DNA from: Nitrospirota bacterium
Lineage (GTDB): Bacteria; Nitrospirota; Thermodesulfovibrionia; Thermodesulfovibrionales; SM23-35
Length of the DNA: 40,957 bases
Assembly (NCBI GenBank): GCA_040757475.1
Contig: JBFLWW010000007.1
Span: 26,277-67,233 of the forward strand
Reading direction: 5' to 3'
Every line of letters starts with the position of its first letter. The stretch's first letter is position 1. Below are positions 23,633-33,331 of this stretch, one piece after another. The position numbers and the translations under genes were made by a program. The notes beneath the pieces were generated by a model that was given only the letters and a program-made list of their open reading frames with translations, was not told the origin of the DNA and did not search any database.

Positions 23633-24508
23633 ATGGAGAAAATCTTAAAAATCGGCCTGCCAAAGGGGAGTCTTCAGGAATCAACATTAAAGCTCTTCAG
23701 GAAGGCAGGTTATCATATCACTGTCTCAAGTCGTTCGTATTATCCTGCCTTTAACGATCCTGAGATAGAGTCCATGCTCATAAGGGCACAGGAGATGGCA
23801 GGGTATGTTGAGGCCGGGATATTAGACTGTGGACTCACAGGCAGGGACTGGATATTGGAGCAGAACGCTGATGTGCATGAGGTCGCCGAATTAATATATG
23901 CTAAAGAAGGCCTCAGGCTAGTAAAATGGGTCATTGCGGTACCGAATGACTCAAAGATAAAGACGATTAAAGACCTTGAAGGGAAGCGTATTGCAACAGA
24001 GCTCGTCGGGTTTACAAAGAGATACCTGAAATCAAAAGGCATAAAGGCTGAGGTTGATTTCTCATGGGGGGCAACAGAGGTTAAACCGCCACACCTCGCT
24101 GATGCGATTGTAGAGATTACTGAGACTGGTGCATCTTTAAAGGCAAATAACCTTAGGATTATTGAGACAATCCTTCAGTCAAGTACAAGGTTTATCGCAA
24201 ACAAAAAGGCGTGGCGTGACAGGTGGAAGAGACAGAAGATGGAGAATATCGTGATGCTTCTTAAGGGAGCACTTGCTGCTGAAGAAAAGGTCGGGCTTAA
24301 AATGAATGTGCCAATGAAGTCTCTGAAACGGGTGATGAGCCTACTTTCTGCTATGCATTCCCCAACAATATCACCCCTTTCTGATAAGGGATGGTATGCA
24401 CTTGAGGTTGTGATTGATGAGAAGATTGTGAGGGACATTATACCAAAGCTCAAGATGGCAGGTGCATCAGGAATAGTGGAGTATCAGCTCAATAAGGTGA
24501 TACCATGA
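23633..24508 (+). CDS. hisG: ATP phosphoribosyltransferase (long form)
   Basis: GLPKGSL, GATE...[15 protein letters not shown]-terminal regulatory domain with SPTIS. Confidence 0.96.
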   Translation: MEKILKIGLPKGSLQESTLKLFRKAGYHITVSSRSYYPAFNDPEIESMLIRAQEMAGYVEAGILDCGLTGRDWILEQNADVHEVAELIYAKEGLRLVKWVIAVPNDSKIKTIKDLEGKRIATELVGFTKRYLKSKGIKAEVDFSWGATEVKPPHLADAIVEITETGASLKANNLRIIETILQSSTRFIANKKAWRDRWKRQKMENIVMLLKGALAAEEKVGLKMNVPMKSLKRVMSLLSAMHSPTISPLSDKGWYALEVVIDEKIVRDIIPKLKMAGASGIVEYQLNKVIP

Positions 24509-24600
24509 TCGAGCGAAATAATCTCTTTTGCTACATTAAAAGGTGAACTCAGAGCTAACGGGAAGGACTAACTCCTGACCCAGAAAGGAGAACTGAACAG

Positions 24601-25704
24601 TTGGATATTAAAAAACTTGTAAGGCCCAATATCCATTCTTTATCAGCCTATAATGCAAAAGAGATTCCATGCAAGGTAAAGCTCGATGCGAATGAGAGTC
24701 CTTACCCAACATTCAGCATTCAGCATTCAGCGGTCAGCACTAAAAGGATTTTTCAGAGACTAAATCGTTATCCTGACCCAGAGGCTAAGGCACTAAAAAA
24801 AATAATCTCAAAGAATCTTGAACTAAGACCTGATAATATTCTCGTAGGTAATGGGTCTGATGAGCTGATTTATTATCTGATAACAACATTTGGTGGCCCT
24901 GTTCTTTATCCGATACCTACTTTCTCAATGTACGGAATTATTGCACAGGCTATCGGCGAAAAGAGAATTGAGATTCCACTTGATAAAGAATTTGACCTTG
25001 ATATTGAAAAGATTCTTAAGGCAATAAAAAAATACAAGCCGCGATTAATATTTCTAAGCTCCCCCAATAACCCTACAGGAAACTGTTTTTCTTCAGGAAA
25101 AATTCTAAGGATAATTGAATCAACCTCGTCACTCGTTGTGGTTGACGAGGCATATCAGCCATTTTCGAGTGAAAAAGGTTTTCTGCCGTTACTCAAAGAC
25201 TACAAGAACCTTATGATAATGAGGACATTGAGTAAGATTGGACTCGCAGGATTAAGGGTAGGCTTCCTCATAGCTGATGCAGGGATAGTCAATGAAGTGA
25301 ATAAGGTCAGACTCCCATTCAATCTCAATTCCCTTTCTCAGGCAGTTGCAATAGAGGCATTAAAGAATAGAAAGACAATGAAGTCATACATGAAGTCAAT
25401 CATCTCTGAGAGAGAGAGGCTTTTTAATGAACTGGCAGGGGTAAACAGCATAAAGCCATATCCATCAGAGGCGAATTTTATATTATTTAAAACAGAAGAT
25501 TCTGATAGAATCTATAAAGGACTTTTGAAAAAAGGCGTGCTCGTGAGGAATATGAAAGGGGTTATGGATGGCTGTCTCAGGGTCACAGTTGGAACGCCAG
25601 AGGAGAATACAGTTTTTATAAGAGCCCTCAGACAGGTGTTAGGGGAGAAAGGCAGTGCGGATCCCATTTGTTGTCCCGACCTCACGGAGTATTGCACCAC
25701 TTGA
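24601..25704 (+). CDS. hisC: Histidinol-phosphate aminotransferase with an aberrant C-terminal tail
   Basis: [46 protein letters not shown]. Confidence 0.95.
   Translation: MDIKKLVRPNIHSLSAYNAKEIPCKVKLDANESPYPTFSIQHSAVSTKRIFQRLNRYPDPEAKALKKIISKNLELRPDNILVGNGSDELIYYLITTFGGPVLYPIPTFSMYGIIAQAIGEKRIEIPLDKEFDLDIEKILKAIKKYKPRLIFLSSPNNPTGNCFSSGKILRIIESTSSLVVVDEAYQPFSSEKGFLPLLKDYKNLMIMRTLSKIGLAGLRVGFLIADAGIVNEVNKVRLPFNLNSLSQAVAIEALKNRKTMKSYMKSIISERERLFNELAGVNSIKPYPSEANFILFKTEDSDRIYKGLLKKGVLVRNMKGVMDGCLRVTVGTPEENTVFIRALRQVLGEKGSADPICCPDLTEYCTT
24711..24738 (+). repeat. Four 7-bp units inside hisC
   Basis: ATTCAGC ATTCAGC ATTCAGC GGTCAGC, encoding FSIQHSAVS. Confidence 0.8.
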
Positions 25705-25866
25705 TACCATTACATCAGGCATCCTGAAGGAGCCTCCTATCTCAATAAGTTCACCCCTCGAGACAATAACCTCCTTGCCTTTTGATAATGTATTCAAACA
25801 TAACAGTACTGCTGCTGACTGCTGCTGCATTGTTATTTACGATGAGGGCATCCTCTTTTCATTCAT
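25666..25866 (-). pseudogene. selA: Internal remnant of selenocysteine synthase
   Basis: [13 protein letters not shown] / [33 protein letters not shown]...REVGTTN, interrupted by a 10-bp duplication (25808-25827); rest of the gene absent. Confidence 0.9.
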
Positions 25867-25943
25867 GCGTTAAATTATATCATAAGTGCGCAGGTGGGAA
25901 CTCTGTTTCCCCCTGTGCCCTATATTATGCTAAAATAACCTTT

Positions 25944-27344
25944 GTGATATACAACATTTACGAAGAGTGCGGGGTCTTCGGGGTATACGGGCACCCGGAG
26001 GCAGCAAACCTTACATACCTTGGATTATACGCCCTCCAGCACAGAGGTCAGGAAGGAGCAGGTATCTGTTCCTCAGATGGGAAACAGCTTCAAGTTGAAA
26101 AATCCATGGGACTCGTTGCTGATATCTTCAGCGAAAAAAGATTAAGGAGACTTTTAGGCCATATAGCAATAGGACATAATCGCTATTCTACAGCCGGTAG
26201 CAGTGTCCTGAAGAATGTCCAGCCTATAGTTGCAAATTTTGCCCTTGGCTCCCTCGCAATAGCACATAATGGAAACCTTGTTAATGCAGTAGAACTCAGG
26301 ACATCACTCGAAGCAGAAGGCGCTATATTCCAGTCCACTTCAGATAGTGAGGTCATTGTGCACCTCATAGCCCATTCAAAGGGGAATGACTTTTATGAAA
26401 GGGTTATTCATGCGCTTAAACAGGTCAGCGGTGCCTTCAGCCTGCTCATACTGGGTGAGAAAGAGCTTATAGCAGTGAGGGACCCCTATGGTGTGAGGCC
26501 CCTCTGTCTCGGAGAAGTAGACGGGGCTTATGTTGTTGCCTCAGAGACCTGCGCATTTGATTTAATAAATGCTACTTACCTACGTGATATAGAGCCAGGA
26601 GAGATGCTTATAATAAACGAACATGGCCTTAAATCTCTGAAGGCGCTCATCAGTCCGAGAAAGGCATTCTGTATATTCGAGTTCATTTATTTCTCAAGAC
26701 CTGACAGCTATATCTTTGGTGGATTGAATGTGAATGAGATAAGGAAGGAATTTGGAAGACAGCTTGCGAGGGAGGCCAATGTAGGTGCAGACCTTGTAAT
26801 ACCTGTACCTGACTCAGGTGTACCAGCGGCACTCGGTTTCTCAGAAGTGAGCAACATCCCGTTTGATTTTGGCCTTATAAGAAACCACTATGCTGGAAGG
26901 ACATTCATAGAGCCCAAACAGAGCATAAGACACTTTGGTGTTAAGATAAAGCTTAACCCTGTAAGGAGACTTCTTGAGGGCAAAAGGTTGGTTGTAATAG
27001 ATGATTCGATTGTCAGAGGCACTACAAGCAAAAAGATAATCAAGATGCTCAGGGAAAGAGGAGGTGCAAGAGAGGTACACCTGAAGATAAGCTCCCCGCC
27101 GACCATTGGCCCTTGTTTCTACGGTATAGACACACCTACAAGGCGGGAGCTTATTGCATCCACGCACCTGATTGAAGAGATCAGGAAATATATAACTGCG
27201 GATTCTCTTACTTATTTAAGCCTCGAAGGACTCAAGAAGATAGTCCCGGATTCTCATAATTACTGTGCTGCCTGCTTTGACAATGACTACCCGATAAGTT
27301 TTCCGAGTGAACGCCTTGAACAGATGGAATTTTTCTTCCGTTAG
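25944..27344 (+). CDS. purF: Amidophosphoribosyltransferase (start likely GTG 25944)
   Basis: Short propeptide then [39 protein letters not shown]. Confidence 0.97.
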   Translation: MIYNIYEECGVFGVYGHPEAANLTYLGLYALQHRGQEGAGICSSDGKQLQVEKSMGLVADIFSEKRLRRLLGHIAIGHNRYSTAGSSVLKNVQPIVANFALGSLAIAHNGNLVNAVELRTSLEAEGAIFQSTSDSEVIVHLIAHSKGNDFYERVIHALKQVSGAFSLLILGEKELIAVRDPYGVRPLCLGEVDGAYVVASETCAFDLINATYLRDIEPGEMLIINEHGLKSLKALISPRKAFCIFEFIYFSRPDSYIFGGLNVNEIRKEFGRQLAREANVGADLVIPVPDSGVPAALGFSEVSNIPFDFGLIRNHYAGRTFIEPKQSIRHFGVKIKLNPVRRLLEGKRLVVIDDSIVRGTTSKKIIKMLRERGGAREVHLKISSPPTIGPCFYGIDTPTRRELIASTHLIEEIRKYITADSLTYLSLEGLKKIVPDSHNYCAACFDNDYPISFPSERLEQMEFFFR

Positions 27345-27345
27345 A

Positions 27346-27482
27346 TGTTAGAACAGAATAAGGATAGGAGATCGTCTTGTCGCTCATTCTCGCCCCGCAC
27401 CATCTCATGGTGCGGTTTTGAATTCTGTTGGAGACAGAATTCAAAACCGCTCCCAAGACGATCTCCTATCCTTTTGTTAGAA
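27346..27482. mobile_element. MITE-like nested palindromic element or structured RNA
   Basis: 20-bp outer IR (27360-27379/27454-27473), 17-bp inner IR (27412-27428/27434-27450), flanking TGTTAGAA direct repeats. Confidence 0.6.
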
Positions 27483-27501
27483 AGGAAGTATCTTAATAAG
27501 G

Positions 27502-28629
27502 TTGATAGAGATATTAAGGGCGATATTCAAGACGAACCTCGGTGTTAAAAAATCCGAGAGGGTTCTTTTGTTCACAGATAGGCCCTCTGTCAAAGAGGTC
27601 ATTGATGAATCAGACATAGAAAGAAGGTCGAGACTGAAGTGCATCTCTTTGCTCGCAGCAGAGATAGGCAGGAATTATTGTAAGTCAATAACCTTCTATG
27701 AATACGAATCTACAGGCAGCCACGGCGCAGAACCACCTTCAGGACTCTGGGAGATTGCATTCGGGGAAAAGACGGTTGAGGCATTAAGGAAAGATAAAAT
27801 CCTCAATCCTATCCTGAAGAAGAATACCAGAGATCAGGATATTAAAAAGGCAGAATATATCATCAGAAAACATAAAAATAATGCTGTAAATTGTATAATC
27901 GCACTTTCAAATTATTCAACGAGCCATACGAGGTTCAGGGATTTTCTTACAAGGATATGCAGGACAAGGTATGCGAGTATGCCCCTTTTCGATGTTTCGA
28001 TGTTTGAAGGGCCGATGAATGTTGACTGGAAGGGGCTTGCAAAAAGGACGATAGAGATTGAAAAAAGAGTAAATAGGGCAGAATCTATAGAGATAAGGAC
28101 ATCAAATGGCACTTACATCTCCTTTTCAAAAAAGGGAAGAAGGGCAAAATCAGATACAGGGATACTTACAAGGCCCGGGGCTTTTGGTAATCTTCCAGCA
28201 GGTGAGGTATTCCTTGCACCTCTTGAAGGAACAGCCAATGGAAAACTTATCCTCGAATGGGCTCCGACAAGACAGCTTAAGTCTCCGATAACACTCACCG
28301 TAAGGGATGGTTATGTCGTGGATGTCGCGGGTGCAGATGAGTATGCTGAATATCTCAATGTGAGGCTTTCTGAAAGGAGAGAAAATGGGAATATTGCTGA
28401 GCTTGGCATCGGCACAAATGACCGTGCAACAAGGCCTGACAATATACTCGAATCAGAAAAAATCCTCGGCACAATTCATATAGCCCTCGGTGACAATAGC
28501 TCTTTTGGTGGGACAGTCAAAACACCCTTTCATCAGGACTTTGTGTTTTTTAAACCGACTGTAACCTTGATCCACAAAGATGGAAACAGAGAGACAATCT
28601 TTAAAGCTGGTAGATTGCTCCATTTTTGA
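27502..28629 (+). CDS. Aminopeptidase-like protein (M29/thermophilic metalloprotease-like)
   Basis: GNLPAGEVFLAP, AELGIGTN, ESEKILGTIHIALG, FHQD. Confidence 0.85.
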   Translation: MIEILRAIFKTNLGVKKSERVLLFTDRPSVKEVIDESDIERRSRLKCISLLAAEIGRNYCKSITFYEYESTGSHGAEPPSGLWEIAFGEKTVEALRKDKILNPILKKNTRDQDIKKAEYIIRKHKNNAVNCIIALSNYSTSHTRFRDFLTRICRTRYASMPLFDVSMFEGPMNVDWKGLAKRTIEIEKRVNRAESIEIRTSNGTYISFSKKGRRAKSDTGILTRPGAFGNLPAGEVFLAPLEGTANGKLILEWAPTRQLKSPITLTVRDGYVVDVAGADEYAEYLNVRLSERRENGNIAELGIGTNDRATRPDNILESEKILGTIHIALGDNSSFGGTVKTPFHQDFVFFKPTVTLIHKDGNRETIFKAGRLLHF

Positions 28630-29344
28630 TTTATTAATCTTCTTATTATTCTGTCTATTCCCAGCCAGTGCACTGGCAGATGTGATCGTCCATGACATGA
28701 TTGTACTCAAAGGCGAGGAGGTTATGCTTACGGCTGAGACAAAGGGTAAGTTCCTAAGCAAAGGTGGTGAGGTTGTAGAGTTCTTTGTTAATGGGAAATC
28801 CATTGGTAAGACCCTTTCAGGCGGTGATGGTTTTGCATTCAAGGAGTTTATCCCGCTAAAGACGGGTATGTATCGAATAACTGTAAAGTCAGGTGGGGAT
28901 GAAGATAACGGATTATTTCTTTCATTGAAAAAGGGTGGCAGGATTATCTTTGTTGATGTTGAAGGAAGCCTATTAGAGGGACTATTTTCAAAGAAGCCGA
29001 AGCACGGCAGCCAGAAGGCAATAGAGAAGATAGCGAAGAGGTTTCCAGTTCTCTTTCTCCAGACAAGCCTTCTCAGTGTAAAGGCCATCAAGGTATGGCT
29101 GAAAAAGAATGGATTCATAGAGTTACCTGTGGTTCCATGGAGACGGGGAGCAATATTTGATGAGATAAATGAAAAAGGGTTAAAGATCAAGGCAATAATT
29201 GGGAGTGCAAATGTAATCGAATCTGCAAAGGAATACAAACCAAAGGCGTTTAGCTTCGAAGAGACAGACGATGCAGAGGAAGTAAAGGACTGGGAGGAGA
29301 TCAGGGAAAGGCTGATTGACATAACTACCTCTAAAGATAGATAA
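28580..29344 (+). CDS. Hypothetical exported protein with a degenerate HAD-like domain (start uncertain)
   Basis: Signal-like segment ending ALA-D, beta-rich domain, then IIFVDVEGSL. Confidence 0.6.
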   Translation: METERQSLKLVDCSIFDLLIFLLFCLFPASALADVIVHDMIVLKGEEVMLTAETKGKFLSKGGEVVEFFVNGKSIGKTLSGGDGFAFKEFIPLKTGMYRITVKSGGDEDNGLFLSLKKGGRIIFVDVEGSLLEGLFSKKPKHGSQKAIEKIAKRFPVLFLQTSLLSVKAIKVWLKKNGFIELPVVPWRRGAIFDEINEKGLKIKAIIGSANVIESAKEYKPKAFSFEETDDAEEVKDWEEIRERLIDITTSKDR

Positions 29345-29351
29345 TTTGAAT

Positions 29352-30281
29352 ATGGCACAGAGATATAATTCCTTTGGTTCATATATAAGAAAAAAGTTTG
29401 GTACTACTGTCCATAAGGTAAATGTAGATGCAGGGTTTACATGTCCTAACAGGGATGGCACAATCAGTACATCAGGCTGTATCTACTGTAATAATGATAG
29501 TTTCAGGCCGAGCTCCTGTAAGCCCCTCATCTCTCTGAAAGACCAGATTAGGAATGGCATATCCTACCTTAAAAAAAGATATGGTGCTGAAAAATTTCTT
29601 GTCTACTTCCAGCCATACACAAACACCTATGCCCCTGTTGACGAGCTGGAGCGTCTCTATAGAGAGGCACTGTCTGAACCTTCTGTCATAGGACTTGCGA
29701 TTGGTACACGGCCTGATACTGTGGATAAAGAGAAGATTGCACTTCTTGAGACACTTGCAGAGAGATATTTCATCCTGATTGAGTATGGCATGCAATCAAT
29801 CTATGACAGGACACTCGAGTTCATAAACCGCGGTCACGACTATAATACTTTTCTTAAAGCACTTGATTTAACAAAAAATAGAGGCATATTCATTGGCGTG
29901 CATGTTATAGTCGGTTTCCCAACAGAGACAGAAGAGGAGATGCTTACAATGGCTGATGAGGTCTCACATCTCCCGATAGATTTTCTCAAGATACATCAAC
30001 TCCAGGTAATAAAAGAAACACCCCTCGAGATTATTTACAGGGAGAGCCCATTCCCTCTCTTTGGATATGAAGAATATCTTGAATTTATTACAAAATTCAT
30101 AGAGAGGCTTTCTCCTCGAATAATACTGCAACGGTTGTTTGCTACTGCACCTGATAGTATCCTGATTGCACCACAGTGGGGGAAAGGCAGACAAGAGATA
30201 TTAAGAGATATAGAAAAAAGACTCAGATTAAGAGACGCCTATCAAGGGAAAAATCCACGCCCCCTTAGCTCAGTAGGATAG
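29352..30281 (+). CDS. Radical SAM protein, YhcC/TIGR01212-like
   Basis: GFTCPNRDG...GCIYC, YFQPYTNTY, GTRPD, NRGH, KIHQL. Confidence 0.92.
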   Translation: MAQRYNSFGSYIRKKFGTTVHKVNVDAGFTCPNRDGTISTSGCIYCNNDSFRPSSCKPLISLKDQIRNGISYLKKRYGAEKFLVYFQPYTNTYAPVDELERLYREALSEPSVIGLAIGTRPDTVDKEKIALLETLAERYFILIEYGMQSIYDRTLEFINRGHDYNTFLKALDLTKNRGIFIGVHVIVGFPTETEEEMLTMADEVSHLPIDFLKIHQLQVIKETPLEIIYRESPFPLFGYEEYLEFITKFIERLSPRIILQRLFATAPDSILIAPQWGKGRQEILRDIEKRLRLRDAYQGKNPRPLSSVG

Positions 30282-30335
30282 AGCACAGGTTTCCTAAACC
30301 TGGTGTCGCAGGTTCGATTCCTGCAGGGGGCACCA
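30259..30335 (+). tRNA. tRNA-Arg (CCU)
   Basis: 77-nt cloverleaf: acceptor GCCCCCT/AGGGGGC, anticodon arm CAGGT-TTCCTAA-ACCTG, encoded CCA. Confidence 0.97.
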
Positions 30336-30375
30336 TGTTGCCTCGCCTGAGATATTTCCGTAAAATACATTAATC

Positions 30376-31167
30376 ATGAAGATTGAAGTTCTCAGAAACA
30401 TTGGCAGGAGGCTTCTTAAGGAAATTCCAGCTATGAGGCTTAAGCCTTATAGCCAGGGTGCCCTTGGAGTCGGTGCATCAGGGGATAAGACCTTCCCGGT
30501 TGATAAAAAGGCTGAGGAGATTATCATTTCTATCCTTGAGTCATCCGGAGACGCGCTGACAATTGTCTCTGAGGAGTATGGATTCAAGGATATAAAAGGC
30601 GGTGGTAAAAAGGTTCTTATAGACCCTATAGACGGAAGTAAGAATGCAATCTCAGGAATCCCTTTTTACTGCACATCCATTGCAGTTGCAGATGGAGATA
30701 TCGTCGGAGATATTGAACTCGCATATATTGTAAACCTCATTAATGGCGATGAGTTCTGTGCAGAAAAAGGCAAAGGCTCATTCTTAAATGGCAAAAGGAT
30801 TTTTACACAGAAGGATGATGAATTTTATCTTATTGCATATGAGGCACAGTCCCCCGGCAAGGAGTTACCACAGATAATACCCCTCCTCTCTAAATCAAGA
30901 AAGACACGTTGCCTTGGCGCAACAGCATTAGACCTCGCATATCTTGCATACGGAGCAATAAGTGTGTTTGTAAATCCTGCACCTTCGAGGAGCTTTGATT
31001 TTGCAGGAGGTTGGTTGCTTGTCAGGGAGGCTGGAGGTGTATTCACAGAGATTAATGGAAATCCGGTTGAGGACATAGAAATCGGGCTTAAAAAGACTGC
31101 ACCACTGCTTGTGTCAGGAAATGAGAACTTACATAAGAAGGCGTTGAGACTATTAACACGCAGGTGA
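30376..31167 (+). CDS. Inositol monophosphatase / FBPase family protein
   Basis: SEE, IDPIDGSKN, LGATALD, FDFAGG; TTGCCT-17 nt-TAAAAT promoter at 30338-30366. Confidence 0.9.
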   Translation: MKIEVLRNIGRRLLKEIPAMRLKPYSQGALGVGASGDKTFPVDKKAEEIIISILESSGDALTIVSEEYGFKDIKGGGKKVLIDPIDGSKNAISGIPFYCTSIAVADGDIVGDIELAYIVNLINGDEFCAEKGKGSFLNGKRIFTQKDDEFYLIAYEAQSPGKELPQIIPLLSKSRKTRCLGATALDLAYLAYGAISVFVNPAPSRSFDFAGGWLLVREAGGVFTEINGNPVEDIEIGLKKTAPLLVSGNENLHKKALRLLTRR

Positions 31168-32618
31168 GCTTTAATATCCCATACAGAAAAATCTCCTATA
31201 TTGGTATAACCATTTTCTGGATAGTTACCATGACTGTTCTCATCATAAGACATTATGGTTTTCAACTAAAGACAACACTGAGTGAATATGAGGGTATTCT
31301 TCCTGCAGGGCTTAATTATGACCAGTGGATGGGGATGTATCTCAAAGGAGAGAAGATTGGATATTCACACAGAGAGACGAGGAGATGGGATAGTGGTTAT
31401 AAAATATCCGAGACTGCAAAGATGAGACTGAAGGTTATGGGCATAAAAAAAGATATGGAGACAGTTACCGATGCCTATCTCGATTCAAATCTCAGGCTAA
31501 AATCCTTTGATTTTATCCTCAAGTCTGATATTAACATGAATATCAGAGGCCAGATAGAAGGTAAAAATCTTAATGTATCCATAGAAGCAGGTGGCCTGAG
31601 GTCTCAGAGGACAATTCAGATTTCAGACAGACCCCAGCTCAATTTCTCTATTATACCAGAGATTCTTCAGCATGGGCTCAAAACTGGCACAAGATTGAGG
31701 TTTCCTATAATTGACCCAACAACATTGAGTGAGGAGCAGATGGACATAGAGATCATCGGCAAAGAGTCCATAATGGCGATGGGCAGAAAGCAGGATGCCT
31801 TCAAGCTTAGAGGCTCTTTTAAAGGTATTGAGCTTTTCGTGTGGCTTACTGAAAAAGGGGAAGTCCTGAGGGAGGAAAGCCCCATGGGGTTTACCCTCAT
31901 AAAGGAGATAGAACAGGACGCAATACAAATAGGCAAACCGTCAATTGACCTTATAGCACAGGTTGCTATACCTTTTAGTATCAAATTACCCTTAGATGCG
32001 AGCTATCTTAAGGTAAGACTTTCCGGGGTTGATTTAAAAGGCCTTGAGCTTGATGGTGGAAGACAGAGCCTTAGAGGAGACATACTTGAGATAAATAAAG
32101 AAGTTCTTGAGTCAGGAGTCAAGAGTCAAGAGTCGAGAGTTTTGGATGAATATCTGAGAGATACCATGTTCATTCAATCAAAAGACCCTGAGATTATATC
32201 TCTCGCAAAAAAGATTGTTGGTGATGAAAGAGATAGCCTTAAGGCAACACAGCTTCTGTATGAATGGGTTTATAAAAATATTGAGAAGACACCAACCATA
32301 AGTATCCCGATGGCAACAGAGGTGTTGCGGACAATGAGAGGCGACTGTAATGAGCATACAACCTTTTTTGTTTCTCTGAGCCGTGCATCAAGGATTCCAG
32401 CAAGAATAGCGATTGGCCTTGCATACAAAGATGGATATTTCTACTACCATGCATGGCCTGAGGTCTACCTCGGGAGATGGGTTGCAGTAGACCCAACCCT
32501 TGGACAGTTCCCTGCAGATGCCAGCCATATCAGGCTTCTGACAGGGGATATTGATAAACAGGTGCAGCTTTTACCTGTTATCGGTAAACTGAAGATAGAG
32601 GGGATAGAATACAGGTGA
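31164..32618 (+). CDS. Membrane-anchored transglutaminase-like protein
   Basis: N-terminal TM; Cys-His-Asp triad GDCNEH, YHAWPEVY, WVAVDPT. Confidence 0.88.
   Translation: MSFNIPYRKISYIGITIFWIVTMTVLIIRHYGFQLKTTLSEYEGILPAGLNYDQWMGMYLKGEKIGYSHRETRRWDSGYKISETAKMRLKVMGIKKDMETVTDAYLDSNLRLKSFDFILKSDINMNIRGQIEGKNLNVSIEAGGLRSQRTIQISDRPQLNFSIIPEILQHGLKTGTRLRFPIIDPTTLSEEQMDIEIIGKESIMAMGRKQDAFKLRGSFKGIELFVWLTEKGEVLREESPMGFTLIKEIEQDAIQIGKPSIDLIAQVAIPFSIKLPLDASYLKVRLSGVDLKGLELDGGRQSLRGDILEINKEVLESGVKSQESRVLDEYLRDTMFIQSKDPEIISLAKKIVGDERDSLKATQLLYEWVYKNIEKTPTISIPMATEVLRTMRGDCNEHTTFFVSLSRASRIPARIAIGLAYKDGYFYYHAWPEVYLGRWVAVDPTLGQFPADASHIRLLTGDIDKQVQLLPVIGKLKIEGIEYR
32109..32140 (+). repeat. Four-plus 7-bp units inside the transglutaminase gene
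   Basis: GAGTCAG GAGTCAA GAGTCAA GAGTCGA GAGT, encoding ESGVKSQESRV. Confidence 0.85.
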
Positions 32619-33331
32619 TAACCCTCGATAACATCGGTAAATCCTTTGGTGGGGAATGGGCTGTAAGAAGATTATCCATTGCTATAAATGATGGAGAGGT
32701 ATTTGGCCTTCTCGGGCCAAATGCTGCTGGTAAGACGACCACTATAAAGATGATGACTGGCCTTCTGAGGCCAACCGAGGGAAGAATCCTTATCAGAGGC
32801 TATGACATTGTAAAAGAACCTATAAAAGCCAAATCCATCATTGGCTATGTGCCTGACAGGGCATTCTTCTACGAAAAGCTTACAGGACGGGAGTTTTTAT
32901 TATTTATTGCATCCATCCATGGGCTCGGCAAGATAGAGGCGTTATCAAGGATAGAAGAACTCATTAATACCTTTGGGATAAAAGATATAGAGAATGAGCT
33001 TATAGAAAGCTATTCCCAGGGTATGAGACAGAGACTTCTGTTTGCATCCAGCATGGTACATAATCCAGAGGTCTTTATTATAGATGAGCCATTTGTTAGT
33101 ATTGACCCATCCGGCATGAGGAGGCTTAAAGGGGTTATAAAAGACCTATCTTCTGTTGGCACTACCATCTTCCTCGCAACCCACAGCCTGCATATTGCTG
33201 AGGAGCTATGTAACAGGGTTGGAGTGATAAATAAAGGTTATCTAATCGCCCTTAAAAATAGAGACGAGATAACCAGCATTGAAGGTGGGCTTGAAGGACT
33301 GTTTGATGAACTCCTCTATCTTACTCCTTAG
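32615..33331 (+). CDS. ABC transporter ATP-binding protein
   Basis: GPNAAGKTT, YSQGMRQR, IIDEP, ATH. Confidence 0.92.
   Translation: MITLDNIGKSFGGEWAVRRLSIAINDGEVFGLLGPNAAGKTTTIKMMTGLLRPTEGRILIRGYDIVKEPIKAKSIIGYVPDRAFFYEKLTGREFLLFIASIHGLGKIEALSRIEELINTFGIKDIENELIESYSQGMRQRLLFASSMVHNPEVFIIDEPFVSIDPSGMRRLKGVIKDLSSVGTTIFLATHSLHIAEELCNRVGVINKGYLIALKNRDEITSIEGGLEGLFDELLYLTP

Noticed and set aside
25782-25943. 54-aa N-terminal extension of PurF in the ORF track
   Set aside because: It overlaps the selA remnant and promoter region; the conserved start with a short propeptide fits GTG 25944.
27232-27548. Small ORFs 27345..27548 (+) and 27232..27456 (-)
   Set aside because: They translate the palindromic element and show no recognisable protein features.
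28453-29382. 309-aa minus-strand ORF
   Set aside because: Ser/Phe-rich antisense shadow of the plus-strand gene, which fits the operon direction.
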